Shown piece after piece: positions 37,252 to 47,972 of a DNA stretch of 61,116 nucleotides. Under the pieces are notes generated by a model. That model searched no databases. It was not told the origin of the DNA and worked only from the letters and a program-made list of their open reading frames with translations. Position numbers and translations under genes: made by a program. This DNA comes from Gemmatimonadota bacterium. GTDB taxonomy: Bacteria > Gemmatimonadota > Gemmatimonadetes > Palauibacterales > Palauibacteraceae. Where the stretch lies: positions 1 to 61,116 of the forward strand of contig JAPULH010000161.1 of assembly GCA_027295155.1 (NCBI GenBank). The letters are read 5' to 3'. Each line of letters begins with the position of its first letter. The first letter of the stretch is position 1.

Positions 37252-38085
37252 GTGTCGTCGACGCTCCCTCCCGAGCCACGTGCCGCTGCCGGGCGGCGCA
37301 CCGATCCGTATCGGCGGGCGATGCCGTGGGGAATGGCTGCCTCGCTCCTCATCCACCTGGTGCTGGTGCTTATCGTCTCCCGCCTGTACATGGGAGGCCG
37401 CGGATTCACGGGCGGGCCCCCGCCGCTCGTACCGCTTCGGGAGGGAATCGAGGTCGTGGACGTGCCGTTTCCGGAACCGCTGGAGCCCCTGACGGAGCCC
37501 GATCGTCCGGAGATCCGCCCCGGTGAGCAGGAGGTGATCCAGGTCGTGCCCGGGGAGCCGGAGGGTGGGGCGCCGGAGGTCGAGCAGGCGCGCCGGCTGA
37601 CGAATGCCGAGCGCCTCAGACCGCAGATCGGCGATCCGCGGCTGTGGATCCCCTACCCGGACAGGCCGTTCCCGCAGCGTCTGACCGGTCCGTACGCGCG
37701 GGCGGACAGCGCGGTTCGCGCGCTCCTGCGTGAATGGCTCGACAGCCTCACTCTCACGGACGAGGAGCGACGCAGGGCCACCGAGTGGACGGTTGGAGAA
37801 GGCGACAAGAAGTGGGGCATCTCCGCCGAGGGCCTCCACCTCGGTGACATCACGATTCCCATACCGTTCGGCGCGCTGTTCGGGCAGAGCATGTCGCCCA
37901 ACGCGCAGAAGGCGAGAGCCATGGTTCGGGACTTCAACGAGATCCGGCAGCAGGATATCGACACGGACATTCGTAAGGAGAGAGAGGAGGCGCTGAAGGG
38001 GATCCGTCAGCGCACGCAGGAGGAGCTGGAGCGTCGGAAGCGCGACACCACGGAGGCGGCACCGCCCGATTCGGCCGGTTCGTAG
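37252..38085 (+). CDS. Hypothetical membrane-anchored protein (Pro/Glu-rich linker)
   Basis: A single N-terminal TM helix (WGMAASLLIHLVLVLIVSRL), a P/E-rich segment, then a charged C-terminal region. No recognised domain. The start may be ATG 37321. Confidence 0.55.
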   Translation: MSSTLPPEPRAAAGRRTDPYRRAMPWGMAASLLIHLVLVLIVSRLYMGGRGFTGGPPPLVPLREGIEVVDVPFPEPLEPLTEPDRPEIRPGEQEVIQVVPGEPEGGAPEVEQARRLTNAERLRPQIGDPRLWIPYPDRPFPQRLTGPYARADSAVRALLREWLDSLTLTDEERRRATEWTVGEGDKKWGISAEGLHLGDITIPIPFGALFGQSMSPNAQKARAMVRDFNEIRQQDIDTDIRKEREEALKGIRQRTQEELERRKRDTTEAAPPDSAGS

Positions 38086-38170
38086 GGGGTCCGCGGCGGC
38101 GAACGCTCTGGTTGGTTTTCCGGATCTCCTCGGTTAAACTCCCCCGAATCACCTTCAAGCTCGGCTGATC

Positions 38171-40843
38171 GTGAACGAGACACTCGACCCGCGATACGAT
38201 CCCGATGGGATCGAGGCACCGCTGTATCGGAAGTGGGAGGCGGCTGGCCTCTTCCACGTTCCGGCCGGGGACGTGAAGCGGCCCTACGTCATCTCTATCC
38301 CGCCGCCGAACGTGACCGGCGTCCTGCACATGGGGCACGCCCTGAACCACACCATCCAGGATGTGCTGATCCGCTGGCGGCGCATGCAGGGCTACGACGC
38401 CGTGTGGGTGCCGGGGATGGATCACGCGGGCATCGCGACCCAGAACGTCGTGGAGCGCGACCTGGCCAAAGAAGGCCTGACCCGCTGGGACCTCGGGCGC
38501 GAGCGGTTCGTGGAGCGCGTGTGGGCGTGGGTGGACGAGTACGGAGATCAAATCCTCGATCAGCAGAGGGCGATCGGCGACTCGTGCGACTGGGAGCGGA
38601 CGAGGTTCACGCTGGATGAAGGGCTCTCGCGGGCCGTCCGCGAGGTGTTTGTGCGCCTCTACGAAAAGGGCCTCATCTACCGCGGCAGCTACATCATCAA
38701 CTGGTGTCCCCGATGCCAAACGGCGCTCTCCAATGAGGAGGTGGAGCACAAGGAGGTTGCCGGAAAGCTGTACCAGATCAGATATCCGCTGGCCGAGGCC
38801 GGTGAAGAGGGGGTGGTCGTCGCGACGACGCGGCCCGAGACGATGTTGGGAGATACCGGCGTGGCCGTCCACCCCGAAGATGCCCGCTACCACGCTCTGG
38901 TCGGGGCGGAGCTGATCTTGCCCCTCGTCGGGCGCCGTTTACCGATCGTTGCCGACGAGTACGTGGATCCGGAGTTCGGCTCGGGCGCGGTGAAGGTGAC
39001 GCCCGCCCACGATCCGAACGATTTCGAGATCGGCGAACGGCACGGCCTGCCTCGGGTGAACGTCATGAGCGCTGACGCATCCATGTCCGACGAGGCGCCC
39101 GAGGCGTACCGGGGGCTGGACCGGTTCGAGGCGCGCGAGCGTGTGCTGGAGGACCTGGAGGCCGGTGGTTTCCTCGTGGGCGCGGAAGCCCACACGCATG
39201 CCGTGGGCCACTGTTACCGGTGCGACACGGTTGTCGAGCCGTGGCTGAGCGAGCAGTGGTTCGTGCGGATGAAGCCGCTGGCCGAGCGCGGCCTGGCGGC
39301 GCACCGGGAGGGGAGGCTTCGCTTCCATCCCAAGCACTTCGGCAAGAAGTACGATCACTGGATGGAGAACATCCGGGACTGGTGCATCAGCCGGCAGCTC
39401 TGGTGGGGGCACCGGATTCCAGTGTGGTATTGTCAGATGTGCGACGCACAGGTCGTGGCCCGGGAGGATCCGACCGAATGTCCGGAGTGCGCAGGTGGCC
39501 TGGAGCAGGACCCGGATGTTCTGGACACATGGTTCAGCTCGGCGCTGTGGCCGTTTAGCACGGTCGGGTGGCCTGAGGAAACCGAGGACCTGCGAGTGCT
39601 CTACCCGACTCACGCGCTGGTTACGGGTCCGGGGATCATCTTCTTCTGGGTGGCCCGCATGGTGATGATGGGCCTCGAGTTCATGGGAGAGCTGCCGTTC
39701 CGGGATGTAGTCATCAACGGCACCGTGCGCGATCACCTCGGGCGTCGCATGGCGAAGTCGCTGGGCAACGGTATCGATCCGCTCGAGGTGGTGGAGAGGT
39801 TCGGAGCCGACGCCATGCGGTTCACGCTCGTCAACGCCGCCGCCATGGGCACCGACATCCAGCTCAACTACCAGGATCTCGAGAGCGCTTTCGCCGTCGG
39901 TCGCAACTTCGGCAACAAGATCTGGAATGCTGCGCGGTTCGCGCTGCCTTACCTGAGCGAGGAGGACGTCGCGGAGAGCCCTCTGGATCGGACGCTGGAG
40001 CTGGAGGACCGGTGGATCCTCAGCCGCTTCCAGGGTGTCGTGGCGGAGATCAACGAGGCCCTCGAGGCCTTCCGGCTGCACGACGCCGCATCGGCTGCGT
40101 ACCGCTTCGGGTGGGGCGAGTTCTGTGACTGGTACCTGGAGCTGGTCAAGGCGCGTCTGCGTGGCGAACGTGGCGAGGAGAGCCGCGCCGCCGCCACGAC
40201 TACCCTGGCTCACGCGCTGGATGGGTGGATGCGCCTCCTCCACCCGATCATGCCGTTCATCTCGGAGACGATCGTCCGCCGGCTGCCGGGTCGTGGCGAG
40301 GCGTACACGATCGTATCCGGCCCCTGGCCGGAGCCGCCGGAAGAGTGGTCCGACGCGGCGGCCGAGCGCGACATGTCGAGCCTTCAGGAGATCGTCGGTC
40401 ACGTTCGTAACCTGCGTGCGGAGTACCGCGTCGACCCGGGTCGTGAGGTCCGCGTGATCGTGCGGGGCGCTCCCCCGGAGCTGCGGTCGGCTCTCGAGGA
40501 CGCTGGACAAGGGGTCGCACGCCTTGCCCGCGCGACGTTCCAGGAGGTGGATGGCCAGCAACCCTCCGGACCCGGTGCTCACGCCGTTCTTCGGTCCGGA
40601 GCAGAGCTGTTTCTCCCGCTCGCCGATCTGGTCGACGTGGGGCGGGAGCGCGAACGGTTGTCGAAGGAGCTCGCGCGCCTTGAGGAGATCCTCGCGAGCT
40701 CGAAGGCCCGGCTCGACAGCCGGAAGTTCCTCGAGCGGGCGCCGGCCGATGTAGTGGAGAGGGAGCGGGAGAAGGAACGGTCGATCGAGGAGCGGCGCCG
40801 GCGCCTGATGGAGAAGAGGCGCGCGCTGGAAGAAACCGGTTGA
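38171..40843 (+). CDS. valS: Valine--tRNA ligase
   Basis: Class I motifs [12 protein letters not shown] (HIGH) and MAKSLGN (KMSKS), a CP1 editing domain and a C-terminal coiled coil; 890 aa. Confidence 0.97.
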   Translation: MNETLDPRYDPDGIEAPLYRKWEAAGLFHVPAGDVKRPYVISIPPPNVTGVLHMGHALNHTIQDVLIRWRRMQGYDAVWVPGMDHAGIATQNVVERDLAKEGLTRWDLGRERFVERVWAWVDEYGDQILDQQRAIGDSCDWERTRFTLDEGLSRAVREVFVRLYEKGLIYRGSYIINWCPRCQTALSNEEVEHKEVAGKLYQIRYPLAEAGEEGVVVATTRPETMLGDTGVAVHPEDARYHALVGAELILPLVGRRLPIVADEYVDPEFGSGAVKVTPAHDPNDFEIGERHGLPRVNVMSADASMSDEAPEAYRGLDRFEARERVLEDLEAGGFLVGAEAHTHAVGHCYRCDTVVEPWLSEQWFVRMKPLAERGLAAHREGRLRFHPKHFGKKYDHWMENIRDWCISRQLWWGHRIPVWYCQMCDAQVVAREDPTECPECAGGLEQDPDVLDTWFSSALWPFSTVGWPEETEDLRVLYPTHALVTGPGIIFFWVARMVMMGLEFMGELPFRDVVINGTVRDHLGRRMAKSLGNGIDPLEVVERFGADAMRFTLVNAAAMGTDIQLNYQDLESAFAVGRNFGNKIWNAARFALPYLSEEDVAESPLDRTLELEDRWILSRFQGVVAEINEALEAFRLHDAASAAYRFGWGEFCDWYLELVKARLRGERGEESRAAATTTLAHALDGWMRLLHPIMPFISETIVRRLPGRGEAYTIVSGPWPEPPEEWSDAAAERDMSSLQEIVGHVRNLRAEYRVDPGREVRVIVRGAPPELRSALEDAGQGVARLARATFQEVDGQQPSGPGAHAVLRSGAELFLPLADLVDVGRERERLSKELARLEEILASSKARLDSRKFLERAPADVVEREREKERSIEERRRRLMEKRRALEETG

Positions 40844-42201
40844 TTCCTCACCCCGCCGTGCGAACCCCCGGCGTGAGCGCCTCGCCGAGGCTCCTGGCCC
40901 TCTGGGTCGGCGTGGCGGCGATCTCGAGCGCCTGCGCCCGGGAGGAACCACCACCGGGCGCCAATCCCGACAGGCAACCGCCTACGGTGCGCGAAACGAA
41001 GCCCGAGCGCTTTGCGGTGGTTCCTGATTTCGACGGAAGCGTGGAGGTGCGCTTCGAGGAACCGCTGTCGGGAACGTCTGGCCTGGAGCGCCGGCTCGTC
41101 GCCTCACCGGCCTTTCGATATCGGGTGGACGCCGGCTTCTCGGTCATCAAGATCCGGCCGCGAGACGGTTGGCGGAAGGGTGTCGTGTACTACTTCCGGC
41201 TGCCTTCCGGGATCGCGGATCTGCTGGGGAACCGCACCGACGAGCCGATCGAGATCATCTTCTCGACGGGCCCGCCGGTTCCGGACACGCGCGTGTCCGG
41301 GACGGTGACGCAGCGCGTGGGCGGCGGTGCCGTGACCGACGCGCGAATCCTTTTCTTCAACGTCGCTGGCGACTCGATTCCGTACACGGCGGTGACGGAG
41401 CGCGGCGGTGAGTTCGAGCTCAACACGCTGCCGCCCGACGACTACTGGGCTTTCGCGTTCTCGGATCTAAACCGGGATCTTCTTCTCCAACGGCTCTTCG
41501 AGCCATACGACAGTGTGCATCTGCAGCTCGAACCGGCGGGGGTGGAGGCCCTGACCTTTCGCATGGTGGAACCGGACACCACGCCTCCGGTCCTGGCGCG
41601 TGTCCAAGCGGTGGAGGACTCTCTGCTCCGACTGGAGTTCGATGATTACCTGGATCCCGATCAGGACCTCGGTGTGGTGATCGTGTCGGTGCGAGAGGAG
41701 CGGACGGGCCGGAGCCGGGAGGTGGCGGGGATGCGGTTGGAGCCGGGTTCCGCGCGAGCTCCGGGAAGAGAGGGCCGCGGAGCGGCGAGGCGGGGCAGGG
41801 TCCCAGCCGCGCCTGGCGACACGACGGTCGCGCCTGCGGATACGGCAGCTGCGCCTCGCGACACGGTCGTAGGGGGAGAGCCCGAAGTCGGTGAGGAGGC
41901 CGCTCAGCCGGAGCTGGCGGCAGGTCCCGGCGAGGCCCAGGAAGAGCCGGCGCTGCCCTCCACAGTTCTGCTTGTAGAGCTGGCCTCTGTGCTGGAGGAG
42001 GGCATGTACCGGATTACCGTCGAGGGGATCCTCAACTTGCGCAGCCTCGCCGGGAGAGCCGACACCACGTTTGCCTATCCCGAGGTGAAGGCGTCGGACG
42101 AGGATGCAGATGTAGCCAAGCCGAACGCAGCCAAGCCGAACGCAGCGGAGCCGGACGCGGCGGAGCCGGAGCCCGACGAACCGGAAGGTGAGGGCCGTTG
42201 A
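40840..42201 (+). CDS. Hypothetical lipoprotein with Ig-like / beta-sandwich domains and an acidic repeat tail
   Basis: Lipobox AISSAC, followed by beta-rich segments resembling SbsA-type Ig-like and carboxypeptidase-regulatory-like folds. The start is TTG 40840 (overlapping the valS stop) or GTG 40873. Confidence 0.6.
   Translation: MIPHPAVRTPGVSASPRLLALWVGVAAISSACAREEPPPGANPDRQPPTVRETKPERFAVVPDFDGSVEVRFEEPLSGTSGLERRLVASPAFRYRVDAGFSVIKIRPRDGWRKGVVYYFRLPSGIADLLGNRTDEPIEIIFSTGPPVPDTRVSGTVTQRVGGGAVTDARILFFNVAGDSIPYTAVTERGGEFELNTLPPDDYWAFAFSDLNRDLLLQRLFEPYDSVHLQLEPAGVEALTFRMVEPDTTPPVLARVQAVEDSLLRLEFDDYLDPDQDLGVVIVSVREERTGRSREVAGMRLEPGSARAPGREGRGAARRGRVPAAPGDTTVAPADTAAAPRDTVVGGEPEVGEEAAQPELAAGPGEAQEEPALPSTVLLVELASVLEEGMYRITVEGILNLRSLAGRADTTFAYPEVKASDEDADVAKPNAAKPNAAEPDAAEPEPDEPEGEGR
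42115..42174 (+). repeat. 15-bp coding tandem repeat (x4) in the lipoprotein C-terminus
   Basis: gccaagccgaacgca / gccaagccgaacgca / gcggagccggacgcg / gcggagccggagccc, encoding [20 protein letters not shown]. Confidence 0.75.
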
Positions 42202-43574
42202 GGGATCGTCGCCGGAAGATTCCCTCCATGGACCTTCTTCTCTCGACGGAGAGGGCTGTCCTGTGGGCGGAGCGCTACGGCCGTGAGACCGTCAAGAAAG
42301 TGCTGCGAGACGTGCTCGAAGAGCAGCGGCTCGAGGCGGCCGAGGGAGACGGCGTGTGGGATGCGACGACGATCCTGGAGGCGGCAGGCGTGCGCCTGGA
42401 GGCGTCAGCTCGATCGGCCCTGCGGCGGGTGCTGAACGGCACCGGCGTGGTCCTCCACACGAATCTGGGTCGGGCGCCGCTTCCGCGGGCGGCCATCGAC
42501 GCGCTCGGTTCGGTGGGAGGCGGCTACAGCAACCTGGAGTTCGACCTGAGTACGGGAAAGCGGGGAAGTCGCTATGCCCATTGCACGGATCTCCTCAGGG
42601 AGCTTACCGGGTCGGACGCTGCCCTCGTCGTGAACAATAACGCGGCGGCCGTAGCGCTGGTGGTCAATGAGCTCGCCCTCGGCCGCGAGGTGATCGTGTC
42701 ACGCGGGGAGCTCGTGGAGATAGGCGGGTCGTTCCGGATTCCGGACATCGTGTCGCGAAGCGGCGGCCGGCTCGTGGAGGTGGGGACCACCAACCGCACG
42801 CGGGTCGAGGATTATCGCCGGGCGCTCGGGCAGGAGACGGGACTGATCCTAAAGGTCCACCCGTCGAACTACCGGATCCACGGTTTCGTCGCGGAGGCGG
42901 GTCTCGAGGAGCTGACGGAGCTCGGTCGCGAGGCGGGTGTTCCCGTCGCGAACGACCTCGGCTCGGGCCTTCTCGTGTCGGAGCTCCTGCCGTGTCTACC
43001 GCCAGAACCCGGCCCCAGGCACGCCATCTCGGCCGGCGTGGATGTTGTGACGTGGAGCGGGGACAAGCTTCTTGGCGGACCTCAGGCGGGCATCATCCAT
43101 GGCTCGGCTGAAGTGATCGAGCGTCTTCGGCGCAACCCGCTCCTGCGTGCCGTCCGCGTCGACAAGCTGACCCTCGCGGCGCTGGAGGCGACGCTCCGCC
43201 TGTACCGAGACCCGGCGGCGGCCGTGCGCGAGATTCCGACCGTGGCAATGCTGCGTGAAGGAGCGGATTCGGTGCGGGCTCGGGCGGAGGACGCGCTCCG
43301 GCATTGCTCCGAGGAGGTTAGGGGACTCCTTGAGGTGCGATCGTTGGCCTCGGTTGTGGGGGGCGGAGCCTATCCGGAGCTCCGGATCGACTCGGCCGGT
43401 TGGGTGGTGCTCGACCGACCGCCCGATCCCGTGGAGCGAAGGTGCAGGGAGGCGGATCCGCCGCTCGTCGGTCGCATCGAGGATGACGCCTTCTGCATCG
43501 ACTTTCGGACGATACGACCGGGTGAGGAGAGAGAGGTGGCCTGCGTCGTGTCAGCCGCGCTGGCTGAGCCGTGA
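42198..43574 (+). CDS. selA: L-seryl-tRNA(Sec) selenium transferase
   Basis: SelA hallmarks: N-terminal IPSMDLLL, VLNGTGVVLHTNLGRAPL, NLEFDL.TGKRGSR, VNNNAAA, EIGGSFRIP, and SGDKLLGGPQAGI (PLP lysine). The TTG start overlaps the upstream stop. Confidence 0.9.
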   Translation: MRDRRRKIPSMDLLLSTERAVLWAERYGRETVKKVLRDVLEEQRLEAAEGDGVWDATTILEAAGVRLEASARSALRRVLNGTGVVLHTNLGRAPLPRAAIDALGSVGGGYSNLEFDLSTGKRGSRYAHCTDLLRELTGSDAALVVNNNAAAVALVVNELALGREVIVSRGELVEIGGSFRIPDIVSRSGGRLVEVGTTNRTRVEDYRRALGQETGLILKVHPSNYRIHGFVAEAGLEELTELGREAGVPVANDLGSGLLVSELLPCLPPEPGPRHAISAGVDVVTWSGDKLLGGPQAGIIHGSAEVIERLRRNPLLRAVRVDKLTLAALEATLRLYRDPAAAVREIPTVAMLREGADSVRARAEDALRHCSEEVRGLLEVRSLASVVGGGAYPELRIDSAGWVVLDRPPDPVERRCREADPPLVGRIEDDAFCIDFRTIRPGEEREVACVVSAALAEP

Positions 43575-43582
43575 GCCGGCCG

Positions 43583-44290
43583 ATGCGGGTGGGCGTCCTG
43601 GCGTCAGGCTCCGGCAGCAACCTCCAGGCTCTGCTGGATCGGTTCAACCTGGGCGATGATTCGTGGGCGCGGGTGGCGATCGTGGTCGGAAGCCGTTCGG
43701 GAATCGGCGCGCTCGATCGGGCACGGACGGCCGCCATACCGGTGGCGATCGTGCCGCCGCCGGGGCCGGACTCGCCCGTGCGCCCCGAGGCGGACGCGGC
43801 CTACCTGCTGGAGCGCCTGAAGGCTGCCGGCGTGGAGCTGGTGGTGCTCGCCGGGTACCTCCGGCTGATTCCGCAGGAGGTGGTTCGAACGTACCGGGGT
43901 CGCATGATCAACATCCACCCGGCTCTTCTGCCGTCGTTCGGCGGGCAGGGCTTGTACGGGCGCCGGGTGCACGAGGCGGTGCTGGCGACCGGGTGCAGGG
44001 TCACGGGCGTCACGATTCATTTTGTGAGCGAGGAGTACGACCGCGGGCCGATCGTGGCGCAGTGGCCCGTGCCGGTGTTCGAGGATGACGACGTCCCCGC
44101 GCTGGCAGCCCGTGTCCTCAGGGTGGAACACCGGCTGCTGCCTTCCGTGGTGCACGCGGTGGCTCGTGGATGGGTTTCGCTCACCGGGGGGGACCGATGT
44201 GTTTGGAGCCGTCCGCTCTACGGCCAGGATCGGTTCAGCATGCCGATGGACGGTGCGATTCCGGCGCCCGTTGAACCAGCTGCGCGGTGA
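43583..44290 (+). CDS. purN: Phosphoribosylglycinamide formyltransferase
   Basis: MRVGVLASGSGSNLQALLD N-terminus and INIHPALLPSFGG. ATG 43583 is preferred over GTG 43571. Confidence 0.93.
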   Translation: MRVGVLASGSGSNLQALLDRFNLGDDSWARVAIVVGSRSGIGALDRARTAAIPVAIVPPPGPDSPVRPEADAAYLLERLKAAGVELVVLAGYLRLIPQEVVRTYRGRMINIHPALLPSFGGQGLYGRRVHEAVLATGCRVTGVTIHFVSEEYDRGPIVAQWPVPVFEDDDVPALAARVLRVEHRLLPSVVHAVARGWVSLTGGDRCVWSRPLYGQDRFSMPMDGAIPAPVEPAAR

Positions 44291-44334
44291 ACACACGGCC
44301 GTCGATCGAGGATCGAGAAAGGCGAGTCCAGAGG

Positions 44335-45933
44335 ATGGAGAGCAGGCGAATCGCGCTTCTGAGCGTTTCTGACAAGACGGGCATCGTAGAATTCGCCCGG
44401 GAGCTCATGGAGCGGGGCTGGCGCATCGTGTCGACCGGCGGAACGGCGGCCCAGCTCTCTGCCGCGGAGATACCGGTCACACGCGTCAGCGAGCTCACGG
44501 GCGTTCCGGAGATGATGGGTGGTCGGGTCAAGACCCTGCATCCCGCGGTCCACGCGGCCCTCCTGGCCCGTCGTTCGGTGCCGGAGGACATGGAAGCGTT
44601 GGCGGCTGCGGACATCGAGCCGATCGACCTCGTGGCGGTGAACCTCTATCCGTTTCGCGAGACGGTGGCGAAGGTGGACGTGAGCCTGGCGGATGTGATG
44701 GAGCAGATCGACATTGGCGGACCGACCCTCCTGCGGGCCTCGGCGAAGAACCACGAGTCGGTCTTCGCGCTGTGCGATCCGGAGGACTACGACGTCGTCC
44801 TTGCCGCACTCGGGGCGGGAGAGGAGGATCCCGAGCTTCGGAAAGGCCTCGCCGCCAAGGTGTACCGGCACACGGCCACGTACGATGCGGCGATCGCGGG
44901 CTACCTGGAGTCGCTCGCCTCGGCGAAGAAACCCCATCCGCCTTCGGAGGTGTTTCTGTCGCTGGTTCGGGTGCAGGAGATGCGCTACGGGGAGAATCCC
45001 GATCAGAAAGCTGCGCTTTATCGCGACGCGTCGACCCGCCGCTGGGGCGTGCCCGCTCTGAGCCAGCTGCACGGGAAGGAACTCTCGTACAACAACCTCC
45101 TGGATGTGGACGGGGTACTGGCGGCGATCGCGCCGTTCCTGGGAGATTCGCGCGCTGCGTGCGCTATCGTGAAGCATACGACGCCATGCGGCCTGGCGGT
45201 CGGCCGCTCCACGGCGGAGGCGTTCGAGCGGGCACTTGCTTGCGATCCCGTCTCTGCCTTCGGTTCCACGGTGGCGTTCAACCAGCCGCTGGCCGAAACG
45301 GTGGCGGAAGCGCTCTACGAGCTCTTTGTCGAGTGTCTCATCGCTCCGGGCTTCGCGGAGGACGCTCTCCGGATCCTGCTCGAGAAGAAGAACGTGCGAA
45401 TCCTCGTGGCGGGGGAGGGGGGACTGCAGGCGTATCCGGGCCACGTCCTCACCGGTCTGGACGCGCGAGGCGTGCAGGGGGGACTCCTCTTGCAGTCTTC
45501 CCCGCAGCCGGTTCCGGCCGGGGACCTCGCTGAGGCCGACGGCGTGACCGTTCCCACCCGCCGCTCTCCCGTGCCGGAGGAGTGGGATGATCTCGGATTC
45601 GCCTGGGCGGCCGTGCAGGGTGTCAAGTCGAATGCGATACTCCTGGCGCGGGGCGGCGCGACGATAGGAATTGGGGCCGGGCAGATGAGCCGCGTGGATG
45701 CGGTGAGGCTGGCGGGTTGGAAGGCCGCCGATGCGGCGCACGAGACGGAGGGCTCGGCTCTCGCGTCCGACGCGTTCTTTCCGTTCAGGGACGGAATCGA
45801 TGTGGCCGCCGAGATGGGTGTAACGGCGATCGTGCAGCCGGGAGGCTCGATTCGAGATGGAGACGTCGTGGCGGCAGCCGATGAGCACGGGATCGCCATG
45901 GTCATGACCGGACGCCGACTCTTCCGGCATTGA
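44335..45933 (+). CDS. purH: Bifunctional AICAR transformylase / IMP cyclohydrolase
   Basis: RIALLSVSDKTGIVEFAREL (MGS-like domain), KTLHPAVH, and a C-terminal AICARFT domain ending ..GRRLFRH. ATG 44335 is preceded by GAGG. Confidence 0.96.
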   Translation: MESRRIALLSVSDKTGIVEFARELMERGWRIVSTGGTAAQLSAAEIPVTRVSELTGVPEMMGGRVKTLHPAVHAALLARRSVPEDMEALAAADIEPIDLVAVNLYPFRETVAKVDVSLADVMEQIDIGGPTLLRASAKNHESVFALCDPEDYDVVLAALGAGEEDPELRKGLAAKVYRHTATYDAAIAGYLESLASAKKPHPPSEVFLSLVRVQEMRYGENPDQKAALYRDASTRRWGVPALSQLHGKELSYNNLLDVDGVLAAIAPFLGDSRAACAIVKHTTPCGLAVGRSTAEAFERALACDPVSAFGSTVAFNQPLAETVAEALYELFVECLIAPGFAEDALRILLEKKNVRILVAGEGGLQAYPGHVLTGLDARGVQGGLLLQSSPQPVPAGDLAEADGVTVPTRRSPVPEEWDDLGFAWAAVQGVKSNAILLARGGATIGIGAGQMSRVDAVRLAGWKAADAAHETEGSALASDAFFPFRDGIDVAAEMGVTAIVQPGGSIRDGDVVAAADEHGIAMVMTGRRLFRH

Positions 45934-45950
45934 GAGGGCTCGTGACGAAC

Positions 45951-46931
45951 ATGAGAGCGCGGAGGCCGTGGGATCTTCCTGAATCGGCCGTCACGCCGGA
46001 GCCTGTCTATCTGGATCGGCGCGAGTTCCTCGGTAAGGTGGGAGCGGGAGCGCTGGGCCTGGCGGCGATGTCGGCCTGCGATCTGTCCGGGCAGGAGTCC
46101 CCGCAGGAAGGTCGACTCTCGAAGGTTCCGCCGACGTCCACGGCCGAGCTCTACCCTGCGGCGAGGCGGGATCCTCGCTTCGAGCCTGGCTCGGGCCACG
46201 GCGTCATCACCGAGGAGAAGATCGTCGCCGGCTACAACAACTTCTACGAGTTCTCCACGGACAAGGAGGCGGTGTGGAGGCTGGTGGACCGCTTTCAGGC
46301 GAGGCCCTGGCAGATCGAGGTCGGGGGCTTGGTGGAGAGACCCCTCGTGGTCGACCTGACGGAGCTGGAGCGCACGATGCCGCTGGAGGAACGGATCTAC
46401 CGTCTCCGCTGCGTGGAGGCCTGGTCCGTCGTGGTCCCCTGGATCGGCTTCCCCCTCGCGGCGCTGCTGAAGAAGGCGGAGCCGACCTCGCGAGCCCGGT
46501 ACGTCCGCTTCGTGAGCTTCTTGAGGCCGGAGGAGGCTCCAGGCCAGAAGCGGCAGACCTGGTATCCGTGGCCGTACTACGAGGCGCTCCGCATCGACGA
46601 GGCGATGAACGGGCTGGCCTTTCTGGCCACCGGCATGTACGGCCACCCGCTCCAGAAGCAGAACGGGGCTCCGATCCGACTGGCCGTGCCCTGGAAGTAC
46701 GGCTACAAGAGCATCAAGTCGATCGTCCGCATCGAACTGAGCGAGAGTCGTCCACAGACCTTCTGGAATGACGTCGTGCCTGACGAGTACAGCTTCCTCT
46801 CGAACGTGGATCCCTCGGTGCCGCACCCGCGCTGGTCACAAGCGACCGAGATCGTGGTGGCGACCGGCGAGCGCATCCCGACGCTGCCGTTCAACGGATA
46901 CGCCGAGTGGGTGGCCGGGCTGTATGGCTGA
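45951..46931 (+). CDS. msrP: Protein-methionine-sulfoxide reductase catalytic subunit MsrP (YedY-type molybdoenzyme)
   Basis: Twin-arginine-like signal (DRREFLGKVGAGALGLAA), GYNNFYEF, EERIYRLRCVEAWSVVVPWIGFPL, NGAPIRLAVPWKYGYKSIKSIV and HPRWSQATE. It matches E. coli MsrP closely throughout. Confidence 0.92.
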   Translation: MRARRPWDLPESAVTPEPVYLDRREFLGKVGAGALGLAAMSACDLSGQESPQEGRLSKVPPTSTAELYPAARRDPRFEPGSGHGVITEEKIVAGYNNFYEFSTDKEAVWRLVDRFQARPWQIEVGGLVERPLVVDLTELERTMPLEERIYRLRCVEAWSVVVPWIGFPLAALLKKAEPTSRARYVRFVSFLRPEEAPGQKRQTWYPWPYYEALRIDEAMNGLAFLATGMYGHPLQKQNGAPIRLAVPWKYGYKSIKSIVRIELSESRPQTFWNDVVPDEYSFLSNVDPSVPHPRWSQATEIVVATGERIPTLPFNGYAEWVAGLYG

Positions 46932-47967
46932 GCGGACCGAGGGGTACTCTCGGGTCCCGGTCCAAAGACCGACTCTGTGGATCACGGCGCTTTCGCTGGT
47001 CGTGTTGACGGCGGCGTGCGGCGGTGACTTTCCTCAGTCGTCCCTCCGTCCGCAGTCGGATGTGGCGCGAAGCATCGACGATCTGTTCCGCGGTATCTTC
47101 TGGCTGGCCGTGGGGGTGTTCGTCGTCGTCGAGGGCGCTCTTCTCGTTGCGATCGTGCGTTTCCGAGAGCGCCCCGGTGCCGAGCGTCCGAAGCCGGTGC
47201 ATGGTAATACCGCCCTGGAGGTGGCCTGGACGATCGTCCCGGCCGTGATCCTCATTTTCATCGGTGTGCCCACCATGCTCACCCTGTGGAAAATCGATCG
47301 ACCGCCCCAGGGCGAGGTGCTGAGGGTGGAGGTCGTGGGCCACCAGTGGTGGTGGGAGCTCAACTATCCCGATCTCGGGGTCACGACCGCGAACGAGCTT
47401 CACGTCCCGGTGGGACACACCGTGGACCTTCGGCTGCGAAGCGAGGACGTGGTGCACAGCTTCTGGGTGCCGCGCCTGGCGGGAAAGCGGGACCTGGTCC
47501 CCGGGCGGGAGAACCAGCTCTGGTTCACGGTTGACTCAGCGGGCGTCTATCCCGGTCAGTGTGCGGAGTTCTGCGGCATCGCGCACGCCCTCATGGGGGT
47601 GAGGGTTATCGCCGAAGAGCCCGACGTGTTCGAGCGGTGGGCCGAGCTCCAATCGCGTGATGCGGTGGAGGAGCCCGGTGAGGAAGCGCTCGTCGCAGCG
47701 GGCCGCTCCATCTTCTTCGGGGCCGGAGGCTGCATCTCGTGCCACACCATCCGGGGCACACCGGCCGCTGGCGTTCTGGGACCGGATCTCACGCACGTGG
47801 GGAGTCGCTCGACTATCGGGGCGGGCGTTCTTCGGAATACCCTGGTGAACATGGCGCGCTGGGTGAAGGATCCACAAGAGGTGAAACATGGCAATCTCAT
47901 GTTGGACATGGGATTGAGCGATGAACATGCACGCGACGTCGCGGCCTATCTTGGGAGTCTGAAGTAG
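46924..47967 (+). CDS. ctaC: Cytochrome c oxidase subunit II with fused cytochrome c domain (caa3-type)
   Basis: CuA site HSFWVP..CAEFCGIAHALM and a C-terminal haem-c motif CISCH. ATG 46924 overlaps the msrP stop; the ORF-track start at 46768 is in msrP territory. Confidence 0.94.
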   Translation: MAERTEGYSRVPVQRPTLWITALSLVVLTAACGGDFPQSSLRPQSDVARSIDDLFRGIFWLAVGVFVVVEGALLVAIVRFRERPGAERPKPVHGNTALEVAWTIVPAVILIFIGVPTMLTLWKIDRPPQGEVLRVEVVGHQWWWELNYPDLGVTTANELHVPVGHTVDLRLRSEDVVHSFWVPRLAGKRDLVPGRENQLWFTVDSAGVYPGQCAEFCGIAHALMGVRVIAEEPDVFERWAELQSRDAVEEPGEEALVAAGRSIFFGAGGCISCHTIRGTPAAGVLGPDLTHVGSRSTIGAGVLRNTLVNMARWVKDPQEVKHGNLMLDMGLSDEHARDVAAYLGSLK

Positions 47968-47972
47968 CGGCG

